In this document: one piece after another, positions 24,284 through 35,352 of the stretch
Layout of the letters: each line of letters starts with the position of its first letter
Position numbering within the stretch: the first letter of the stretch is position 1
DNA from: Sphagnum compactum
Taxonomy: Eukaryota
DNA: 64,000 nucleotides
Reading direction: 5' to 3'
Assembly (NCBI GenBank): GCA_965153455.1
Contig: OZ234493.1
Coordinates: 8,236,213-8,300,212 of the forward strand
Translations under genes and position numbers: made by a program
The notes under the pieces: model-generated
Databases searched by the model: none
What the model was told of the DNA's origin: nothing
Seen by the model: only the letters and a program-made list of their open reading frames with translations

Positions 24284-27161
24284 GTCTCTTGTGTTTTTGC
24301 ATGTATCTATCTAAGGGCCTACCTAGGGTTAATTCATAACTCCTTATGTAGACCCAATATAGCTTTTTACGTATCCTTTAACATATGTAGGTCCCTAAGT
24401 AATCCCTAGGTAGCATCTTGAGTAGGCCCAAGGTAAATGTACCCTAGGTAGTTCCCTAGGTAAATCCTAAGTAGCCCTAATATAGCTAGTCCTTTCAATA
24501 GCTTCATAGGTAGACCATAGGTAGCTTTTAAGTAGGTCCTAACCTAATTACTCCTTACCTTAGGTAGCTCCCTAGTTTATGTGATAGTAATTTAGATAGA
24601 TTATAGTGCGGTTAGAATAAAAACTATTGTGATCATTTGGGAGTGTTCATTCTTAGTTTTGAGGAGTGATTTTTGGTAGATTTTTTGTAATATAAAATTA
24701 AAAATTTCTTAATACACCATCTCCATTATATCTCATTTATATTTGGTAAAGTATTTTTGAATTAGTTTTGAAAATTTGAAACAATTTTGAATTTTTAAAA
24801 AAAATTTAAAGTTTTACAATTTCAATTTTTAAAAAAATTATGAGTGTAGCTAATAGGTTGTTATCATTAAAAAAAAATCCAACCAAATGCAAGGTGAAAG
24901 CACATATAGTGACGCCTTTTTGAAATGTCACATTGTACTACATTTTAAGTTTGTGCTTGTTTGAGTGTATCCCACCTCAAACTTTTGAAATATTTTCACA
25001 ATATTTTTTCATATTATGTTAGAATATATAACCTAAGCAAAAAATTAGAAAAGAAGTCATTTTGTTTTATTTTATAAAATGAGATATTAAGTATATTTGT
25101 GAAGATGAATGTAATACCTATGTACTCAAAACACAAATATGTTCCAAAAAAAATTTGAATAATTTTTAATACTTATGAAAGTTAAAGATATATTAAACCA
25201 TGTCATTTCACATAGTTTGAACTATGTTTCGATATCATGTGATTAATTTGAAATTTTCCATTTCAAAAAATGAGTTTTTTCAGCAAAAATGCGATAAATG
25301 TGTGATAACATGGAATTTTGACAAATAATCACATGCGCATAGAAGGTGACAAGCATAGTTAGATGGGCCATATTTGAAATTTCATTAAAATTTATTATTT
25401 TAATGATTAATGAAGCTTTAAAATAATGCAATCAAAATGTAACAATGACCTTATTATATTAATGTATACTATAAATATACCCATGGATCTTTCAATATAG
25501 ATAATGAAATTTATTATTATTTTAAAACTAATATTATATAATATTAGTTTTGTAAAAATAATAATTGTAGGGCCCAACAACCAAAATTGATACCCAAAAT
25601 TAAATGTATTATACAATTGAAATAGTTATATTACATAACCTGTAGTACTAGACCCAAAAGTGCGTCTTATTATGCTTTTGCTAGCTTTTATTAATTGAGT
25701 CCTTTTGATAGTCCTTTGCAAATTTTTTTTTTTTATGTAATCAAGTTCATTCTCAAACATCCTAAATTAAAACCTAAACTTAATATTAGATGAAATGAAT
25801 TTTTAATTTGAATTTCTTGATATTCATATGGGGAAAAAGGAACAACTTGCCAAGATTACAATGGTTTCATATGGAAAAGCATAAAAAAAATTTAGTTTTG
25901 ATTGATTATGTTTAACATCTTATACCCTTTTTGACCCCTTTGAATGTATTTTGAAAAATGCAACCATACATTATATTTATATCCATGAAATAGACCATAA
26001 TGGGTATTACAACCCCCAATTTGCCCAAAATTAGGGCCAAAACAACAACTAAGGACAGTTAGTCTAGACAAAAAAAAAAACTAGAAATCAAACTTAAATT
26101 TCCACCTAAATTGGGGGTCTAGGGATTTTGGTCCCTAGTTTTGGCATCAAGTTTTTTCTTGTTCCCCTTGAGTTTTTCATGAGTGGTCACATTGTCCAAA
26201 GCAACCAAGCTACAAGAGTGACAATGATCATGCATATGGGAGAGATGAAATGCTATAGTTGAAATTGCAGTTGGCAACTTAATTACAAGAAGAAATCAAT
26301 ATTGAGTATGTTAATGAGGATTCAATTACAATGATGGCATGACTTGGAGCTACAAACTTGATTTGGACCACATTATGGACGACATGCAAGAGCATAGTCA
26401 ATTATACATTGTGATGGTGTAACTAGTAGCTACCTGAAGCTGGAGATAAATCCAACAATTTGACAACAAAGATTGATCCGTTCAAGTTAGGGCTACTAGG
26501 CTTCTATAGACATTGTTATGAAATTAGGCATTTTGATGATCAAGCTTTATATATACGACAATTTGAAATGAAACACATTTAAGAAATTTTATTGAATCCA
26601 TGCAATATGATTGACTTTGCAACATGATCAAGTCTGAAGGAGTTGGATATGATCTAGAGTTGATCAATCATTTGTCAAAGTTTCACGAGAATTCTAGTAC
26701 TTGCACATATATATATATATATATATATATTCTAGTCTCATCGTTTGTCTAATGAGTTAGTAGTCTTTATAGCAAAATTCCTCCGGAAACTTATATGCAT
26801 TACCACAATTTGCAATGCATTTGGTTGTACCTTGACTTTTTTTTGAATGAGCATGATAAAGTTAATGTTTTTCCTTCTTGCGTTACGCATGCTATTTATG
26901 TTAATTGCACTCATTATTAAGAACAATAGTATTACTAGCTTATACCTTTTGAACTTCTCTAGTTTGTGCAACCATTCTACTTCTTGGGAATTGAAAGAAA
27001 TTGCATTCCAAGTAGTTGCCCAAAATTTTGTGGGCAAAATTTTTGTGCTAGCTACCACTCTCCTTATGAAAAACATTTCATTTAGGGTTTAGGCCCTTTT
27101 GGATAGGGACCGTGATTAAAAGATTTGTTTAGAAAATGGAAATCTTTAGTCGACATGTGTA

Positions 27162-27337
27162 TGCAAATTCTCGAGTCCATCAAGATTGTCTAAAAAACAC
27201 TCTAACATGCTAATGGTTTTGCAAATTCTCGAGTCCATCAAGATTGTCTAAAAAACACTCCAACATGCTAATGGTTTTGCAAATTCTCGAGTCCATCAAG
27301 ATTGTCTAAAAAACACTCCAACATGCTAATGGTTTTG
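27162..27337. repeat. 58-bp tandem repeat, 3 near-identical copies
   Basis: TGCAAATTCTCGAGTCCATCAAGATTGTCTAAAAAACACTC(T/C)AACATGCTAATGGTTT at 27162, 27220 and 27278. Confidence 0.95.
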
Positions 27338-27476
27338 TCCAAATTTCAACATCATTTGAATGGTGTTGAGGGTGTAGCTATGCCAACAATCAAAGACTTG
27401 GTACCCAATAACCAAATGGTAGAGTTAAACTTATTTTGTCCTTAGTCTACTTGAGGAATGTGGGTTTGGTTGAGTT

Positions 27477-28562
27477 TCATAGTTTTTGCAATTTAGTGAC
27501 AACAATTGTTCGGAGACATTGATCAAAAGAGCCACAAACAGCAAGGCCTGCTTTGTCAGGGCTCCAATTGAGGCAAGAGATGGGTTGTGTGGCAAGTGTT
27601 TGGTGATTCAAGAGCTCCACTTTTCCCACAACTCCATATTCTCGGTTCTCCCCATCTTTCATACTTTGCTGGTCAGGGTATGAATACTTGTAGAGGGACA
27701 AGGACCCATCTCCTCCTAATGTCACAAAAACTTCTCTGTTTTGGGGAAGATGCTTCACTCCCCAAACGGTTGTTCCATGTTTTAGCTTCTCTTCCAAGCT
27801 CGTGTAGCCCTTCTCGGGATGATGTACACGAAGGTTGTATAAATGGAGCTTGGATTCTAATGTGGTGCACACAAATTTATTCATCTTAATGTCCTTGCGA
27901 TCAAAGTCTATGCCACAAATCCCATTTGGAAGTGTTGTTTGCCACCGAACTTTGCCAACTCTAAGATCAAAAAGTTTGATATCGCCATTGTCATAACCTG
28001 CTAGTACACAACGCTCTTCATCATTGTATGAATTCCCAAATGCGACTGTCCAACAATCTCTTGCAACATCACCTGTTTTAGGATCAAAACTAACTACTGG
28101 ATCATCTTTTTGTCGTTGATCCCAAATTCGAACTCGCCCATCTCTTCCTCCTGTTACAATCTCAGGTGCACCATAACCAATGTTCAATCCCCCACAACCA
28201 TCCATTGCATTTACAATTGTATCATGAGCTTTCTTCACATGCCAGATGGGCAAACTAAGCCTTTCCAAGTCCCAAACAAACAAAGTTCCTTTGAAGTCTC
28301 CAGTAGCTAGGTGCCTTTCTACCAAACTGGATGCTGCAAATGTACCACATTTGAAGCTGTTGTGCTTCTCAGCTTCCTTCAGTTTCTTCAACTTGTTTCC
28401 TTCCAATTCATAAATATACAATGCTCCTGTGTTGCGTGCAGTGGAACCTAGAGCCACGAACCTTGCACTACATGGTACCCATAATGTTTCAAAGATTGTG
28501 ACTGTGAGCGACTCACAAATGTGTTGCAATATTTGTGGTCTATTCCTTGCATCACATGCCAT
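27477..28562 (-). CDS. WDR92: WD repeat protein 92 / dynein axonemal assembly factor 10, intronless, 361 aa
   Basis: Single ORF with family motifs RPQIL.H, W.PCSARFV.LGS, FKCGTF.ASSL..RHLATGDF.G, GAPEIVTGGRDG.V..WD.RQK, RDCWTVAFGNSYN.EERCV.AGYDNGDIKLFDLR, FDRKDI.MNK, HLPQNRE.F, WSPDK.GLAVC.SFDQ..R..VTKL. Confidence 0.95.
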   Translation of the reverse strand: MACDARNRPQILQHICESLTVTIFETLWVPCSARFVALGSTARNTGALYIYELEGNKLKKLKEAEKHNSFKCGTFAASSLVERHLATGDFKGTLFVWDLERLSLPIWHVKKAHDTIVNAMDGCGGLNIGYGAPEIVTGGRDGRVRIWDQRQKDDPVVSFDPKTGDVARDCWTVAFGNSYNDEERCVLAGYDNGDIKLFDLRVGKVRWQTTLPNGICGIDFDRKDIKMNKFVCTTLESKLHLYNLRVHHPEKGYTSLEEKLKHGTTVWGVKHLPQNREVFVTLGGDGSLSLYKYSYPDQQSMKDGENREYGVVGKVELLNHQTLATQPISCLNWSPDKAGLAVCGSFDQCLRTIVVTKLQKL

Positions 28563-28758
28563 TTCTTACCGCCAAAGACTTGAAATTTGCAGTTCTACTA
28601 CTTCATGAAACTACTGTCAACCATCTTCAATCTGCATTCACACAACACTTAGCTGTCAAGGCAAAAATCCCAACTCATTCTCAAATTGATTCTTCATAAA
28701 ACCCCTTTTTGTCTCTTGAGTGATTTGGAAGTCTCCCAAAGCTTACTATGGCATAAGT

Positions 28759-31700
28759 TCACAAGGCAAGTTGGCCTTCCGAAATAGCTTGGCTTCTTAG
28801 CTCATCATGCTTACTTATCAGATCAATCTCCATCTTCATGTCTTTGAGTGCCTTCTTATCCTATACACATTGAAATTGTCATGAAATCAGAATTGCAGCA
28901 TCTTGGTTTTCGTAATTTTGTACAATAACACTTTGCACATTCATCTTTCATACATTGCTTTTGAGTGATCTTTCACGATTTCCACATACCCTAAACCTCC
29001 AAGAAGGACAATGTATGCAGATGTTTCACATGGGAGTTTAGAACAAGGAAGAGGCTGAGTACCTCAATTACACGGAGCTTAGAACGATGAAGAATGCTAT
29101 TAAAATCATGGTTTAGCTTCTCACAAGCATGTGCTAGAATGGATTTTAGTGCAGAACCTGCGATGGGCAAAATGTAGAAAACATATGAGAATTGAAATGT
29201 GCACACCATCTTCATCACATAGAATCCCTATTATAGAACAAATTGCCAACCGGAGTTAGTCTTTTTCTGCTAGTCTAGACACACAAGAATAAGAAAAAAA
29301 ATGAAGAAAACTATGCATGTGTCTATGGTGGATATAGATGATTGTAAAGTAATAATCTTGATAAAAATGTATGAATCCGGTATTTCATTACCTGAGTTGG
29401 GTGCTAGTCCATCATCAACATACAGATTTGCAAATTGCTTGAGTTCATTGTCTGGGTTTAAATCTCCAATTTCACTATCATGTTTACAGTTTGCACCATC
29501 AATCTCTTGTTCAAGCTTGTTTCCATTTCTCGTGTGTGAGAGGTTTTCTAGCGTAGTCTCAAGTGCTTGTTCTGGAGAATTTGAAGAATCATTTGGATTT
29601 TCAGGAAACTTTTTATTGTCTGGAGTCCGAACCTCACTGCCTCCTTCATCCTCCTCCTCCTCCTTGTTCAATCTCATCAATATGCTGGAGATGGGTTAAG
29701 CAGCCCCACACGTCCAAATTAGACATGAGTATTCTGTTGCAAATTCCCTCTTTGCAAAGAAAAAGAATTCACCAGATTTTAGAGGAAAAAACATTTTGCC
29801 ACATTTCAACACAAATTCTAGTTTTGGGGTAGTTTTGTTTTTGGTCAGTTTTCTACAGTTTGGACATTTTTCCGCAAAGAAGTCACCAATTAATGCTAAA
29901 TCTTTCTTTGGATCATGGGTAACAATGCTACATTAGAAAACTGGGGAAAACAGAAGAAAAAGAAAAAGAAAAAAACTGGTCTAGATTGATCTTATTGGAC
30001 AATGTAATTGAGTTGAAGGACCTGGTCTTTATGACCTCTTTGAGAACCATTTCTGGGTCCTCGTCAGAGACATCATCAACATCCTCTTGATACCCAGTTT
30101 CTCTGTTTTCATCATCTTCCTCCTCCTCCTCCTCCTCAAAAAGGCTCACCCCATTCAACTCCTTGAGATGAGGGAGGCTTAGCAACTCATGATGAAGCTC
30201 ATTTGCCAATTCCCAACAAGGATTTTCCGCAATATTCAGAAAGCTCAATGAGTATGGGATCTCTGTTTCTGTTTGTGAATAGTATATCCGAAGTACAAGT
30301 TTTCTTTGTTAGCAGCAACTTGATGAGGAAAAAACATCAGTACCCAGAGAAATGAATATTTTCATTAGAGAGTGATATGGATGTGATGGAGTTGACAAAC
30401 GGAAGATTTGATGTGTGATCATGATTGGGAAATTTCTGGCCCATGTTTCCTAAGGGTGTGTACAACATGAATCTGTAGATCAATCTGCCCAAATGGAGCT
30501 TCAGAAAATCCATGACAATTGTACATTTTCACAGCATTCATTTTGCATTTAGACACAACCCACTTTACACAAAAGCTAGAAATGGTGTAAAAAGACTTGC
30601 CTACATTGATGTGATCAATGGAGTTGTTTGAAGCATCAAGTGAGATAAGGTTCTGAAGAGATTGCAATCCGTTGAGAGTTGAGATTTGGTTTCCAGTTAC
30701 TGTCAAAAACCTCAATTGTTTGGCTCCTTCCAAAGCTTTGAAAGTACTTAAGAGATTCTGCAACAAAGTGCAACGAAAAAATCTGATCGTGTAATTCTTT
30801 GTGAACCAAAGTTTGCATTTTAGATTTTTGCACTGTTTAATGGGTAATTTTTCATCAATGATCGACAAGTTTTGTATAGTTTGTAATTGTTTGGAAAACT
30901 CAGATTTTTTTTTTTCTTGGAAACTTTAGAATAATGTTTTGTTGTCAAGCTTTTTAAGGGGATCAATTCCAACACTACAACTTGCATATGCTTACCTCAA
31001 GCAAGCAAGCAAGGGAGAGGGAGAGTTGCACCTGTTGCAGATACAGATGGGTTAAATTGGGAAGATAATGAAAAAGATCAGGCTCCAGACCAGTTAAATG
31101 TTCCCTATCCAGCTTTACATGAGACAGCTTTTGCAATTCTTCTTTTCTGGAATGAGGAATGAAAGTTTAGTGTTACAAGAACCCTTTACCAAGAAAGAAT
31201 TATGTCAAGACATTCCTCAAGAGATCCCCCCAAAATTCTGATCCTAAGTTGTACCCAAGTACATTACATTCAAGTGCTCAAGAATTCTCCAGGAAGGGTT
31301 ATGTGCAGAATAGAGAGCTTGGCGAGACTCTTGAGAATTGGAAATCAGCATTTCTAATCTTGTTTTCATACATGGTTGGTTTTCAAAGTTGAGCTGCACT
31401 CTCAGTTATTCTTCTTGGGTTTTTTTCTTGGCCAGCCAATCAGATGTCAATTAATGCAGAAAAGAAATCTCATGAGTATCTAGAAATCTCCATACTCACA
31501 ATCAAGGAAACTGGAACCACAGTTGAAAAAACTTTTCCTTTCTTTTAAGTCAAAGAAAAAACTCCCGGATAAGGACTGAAGAACCAGGAAGAAGAAGAAG
31601 AAGAAGAAGAAGAAGAAATACACCAGAAGGAAAGAAGAAACAATCATGAGTTTCAGAACAATAAAAGATCTATGAAAAGAGAGAGTTAAAAAAAAACGCG

Positions 31701-31822
31701 CACATGGAGTCTGCTGAAGCTTCTTCAAGGAAAAAAGGAGAGAGGTTGCGCTCAGCAACAATGGAAGCATGCTCAGCCAATGTTGTAGTCCAATTAGGAA
31801 GTATAGTTTGAACAGCCATCAT
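28759..31822 (-). CDS. LRRC46: Leucine-rich repeat protein, LRRC46-like, ~373 aa
   Basis: Exons 31822-31704, 31146-31032, 30757-30601, 30262-30022, 29684-29392, 29157-29063, 28860-28759 total 1122 nt in frame; intron 3 has a GC donor. IVAERNL..LSHVKLDREHLT..LTHLYLQQN..LRFLTVTGNQI..LDASNNSI..EIPYSLSFLNIAENPC..LPHLKELNG plus an acidic tract parallels human LRRC46 as I recall it (TKRNL..VRLDREGIT..LYLQGNKI..LRFLSLAGNQI..EFPQSLLILNLSGN). Confidence 0.8.
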
Positions 31823-34800
31823 GGTTTTTTTAATGCTCCTGTCATGGTGAGCTTCAACATACGATTACATAACTCATCACTCTATAGATCAGACATTCAT
31901 TGCTTCTTTGGACGATTGACCAAAGAAAAAAAAACAGTGAACAAAATCCAATGAAGAGAATTTGTCCCTCAACTTTTCCATCTCACAACATATCAACTGT
32001 TTAGACTTGATGTCAAATTCTACAACAGATCAGCCAGCCACAATAATGCTGCACTTTTCATGCATGGGGCATTTCTCATTTTACAAAAATCAACAACCTT
32101 GATAATACTCATATTGTATTTGTTATAAATGCTCAAGGTTTTGGTGCAAATATATGCACAGAAAAAATAGCATGATTAAACACCAAAGCAATTGGGAGGC
32201 AATTTTGTGTATGTCTTTTTTACAACACCAGAAATCCACTGACATAGCATCAATTTGGAGAGTTCAAATTGTGCACTATTTTGTACAAATCGATATAGGA
32301 TGCTTGAGAACAGCAATTGAGCATCAGGAAAAAGAAGAAGCAAATGCTTGCTATTTCAACACACATTTCAATCATTATTGTACACAATCTGGATATTGAC
32401 TAACCTTGCACCGGACTTTTTCAGATTGCTGTTGTTGACAAAGGAACATAGGTATAGTTCAGGAGACAAAGTGAAATCTACATTGTGAGTGCAATTTTTG
32501 CATCATCTCTCTCCTCCTCCCCCCATGAAGAAGAAGAGCTGAAGCATGATACCCTTTGGTTAGTTATGTGCATCATCATCCACTTTGATTTCTTAAAACA
32601 GTTATCATTCATTTGTCATGTTTGGGTAGATTGGATTCAGCAACACGTGAGAGCACTACTGGCATAATGTCATTCACTTTGCCATAGATCATAGTTTTCT
32701 TGTAGCTACACTAAGATAAGACTTGCTCCTAGAAATCCACAAAATCCTAGAAATTCATAAGGACTTCCTCCTAGAGAAACCCACGAAACTTGCTCCAAGA
32801 AATCCATGAGAACTGGCTCCTAAAAATCCACAAAAACATGCTTGTAGAAATCTCACATATGCATGGAGCAAAACCAACAAGATCCAGTTTTGATTTGTTT
32901 TTGTTTCCATGTCTGAAATGCTTGTTACTCAAATGCTTTTGTTTTGTTTTTTTTGGCTTGCGAAACCATCTACATTCATTTCAATCCATTTTCCTCACAC
33001 AGGTATTACAAAGATGGGTGATTGATGTGGTGCAAACAGGAAGGGTGGAGCATGCAAAGAAGAAGCTTGGGAGCTGATCATCACATCGCTGCAACTGTCA
33101 TTATAGGTTTTTTTTGCTGCAATACTCATTTCTTAAAATTTCAAATCCTTTGACACACTATCAAACCAATCTAAACGTAACGAGGCAGCTGGTCAACTAT
33201 GAAAAGATGGGCTCAACGTCTCAGTTCTTACTTCTCACTTCTCAACATAGCAAATAGTGAGGGAAAATTTTCCTTTCAGACAAAGCAGACCCAAATGATA
33301 TCAGACTTGCAAAAGCTAACCCCAAATTAGAGTAACATAACAAAACTCGCTGTCAGTTGTAAGATTGAAGGGTGCTTTGGGAGATAGCAATGCCCCTCAG
33401 CTAACTAATGAATGTCACTTTAGTGTAACCCAAATCTCTATAACACAAGAGGCTATATTGTGTACAAAGTTGGATCCTGGAATTCATTCAGTGGTCTTTG
33501 ATCTAATCCCGTCATGTTAGTCACTCACTCCTTGTCACTCTCTATGCCCCAGATCTGCCAACCTACAACATCCAAATATTCAGAGCAGCCAGCAAGCATC
33601 AAGCTTTGCCTTGTGAAAGCCTCTGTAATCCATGCTCTCCCTTACGCATCCACTTTCACATACCTATTTCTCTCTGTATGGATTGAAGTTATTGTTGTGT
33701 TCTGGCCTGACAACCCTAGAGCAGAGTGACAATGTTCAAAACCTTCATGCCCATGACATGAACCTATGGTGTCAGGTGACACCATAGGAAAAAAAAAATG
33801 AAAATGCGACACATTTGAGGACATGGTCTGCACTCCATTGTATATACTAACTAACAGCAGCTCAGAGCAGCACATGCTTTGACAAATGAAAAGAAAAACC
33901 ACTGTACTGTCATTCCCTGAATAGTTTAACACTTTCTAAGTATGTTCAGTGTCATTTGCAAACACAAAAGGAAACACCACTCCAATTAAGATTTCCAATA
34001 TATATATACAGCCCAAGCATCACAAGGTGATCATGGATCTTGACATGCTAATATTTAAAATTTCACAGTGACAGATGTCATCAATGACAACAACCAATTT
34101 TGACAACTAGGAACAGCACCGAGAGAACCCTTGGGCATCAGGCTCAGGCTCTACACCTTTCCACTTATCCCTATCTCCAGCACATAACAAAGAACATATA
34201 CAACCAGATTGCTCCATTGCAACCTATGTGTCACTACAAGTTACTATGCAGTGTACTCTGATACTACATTAAAACTACTTTTTCTGCGACTCAACAATCA
34301 TCTTGCAATTATGTCGCTAGTGTGTGAGGTTCTGTTCTCAGTTGTCTTTGGTTCACAGAGAGGATTGTTAACAGCTTTCTTTTGCTGGAAATCTCCAAAG
34401 GATACTCACATCTCAAACAGTTTCAACCAAGACTGGGACTTGTAAGTTACAGAATCCTAACCACAAACTTCATTGAATCTATCACAGCTGACTGACTAGT
34501 ATGCAATCAGAATTCATATTGCAGGTGCTATTGAAGCAAATATTACTCACATCCTCCAGAAGTGAAATCAGGGACCAGTGGCATTATCTATAATGGTCTC
34601 TCAACCATAGACCTCACCTACACATTGCCTCTCCTTCTCTTCTTGTTCCACTATGTGACTTTAGAAGGAGCAGGGCATGGAGAAGAAGATGACCTCAAAA
34701 GTATGTCACAATTCAGCCATATCAGCAATTCTGCCTCACATGCTGCTTTCAGGCACATTTCCACTTGGCCTCCTGCTTCTGTCTGAAGAAATCATGCTCA

Positions 34801-35352
34801 ACATCACCCAAGCACAACACAGCGCAGCCCAATTCAGCAGGTGGCAATGATGCCACAAGAGAGAAGATCAGCCCTAAGTAGGAGAAACAAGTCGCAAGTA
34901 GCCAGGTCACCAAGTTGATGTAGTGATTTTCATCCTCTCAATCCAGCTCCACCTCGCATCTTTGCATAATCTAAGCTGAGAGTGAACTTGTCTGCATCAT
35001 TGACAAGCACAGTGCCCCCATCTGTGGCAATCAAAGACAACCCTCAAACTCACCACTCAAAGCAATCCATGAACATCATTCCTACACTTATCAAAATGCA
35101 GGCAAAAAATCATCAGAAATGAAGCAAGATGAAAATGAATCTACAAGTCAGAAGCCCAGCAATCGAAGCAGCAGACTAGAAATGAAAATTGAGTACAATT
35201 GAAAACCAATCATAACTGATCAGACCAGCTGAGCAATAGACAGAGAACAATGGACTCCAACCAAGCAAGGGACATGTGCACTCCGCAAAGGACAAAAGTT
35301 TTGTGTCTGACCAGCTCCATACTTTAACAACATTTGAATTTACTTACAGAAT

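Noticed and set aside
28563-28758. LRRC46-WDR92 fusion protein
   Set aside because: LRRC46 stops before the donor, and the frame from the 28631 acceptor into the WDR92 ATG contains TGA (ATT GAA GAT GGT TGA).
31265-31368. Possible first coding exon of LRRC46 (MKTRLEMLISNSQ...)
   Set aside because: The donor phase does not match the next exon, whereas 31822-31704 fits both phase and the RNL motif. It could at most be a cryptic exon.
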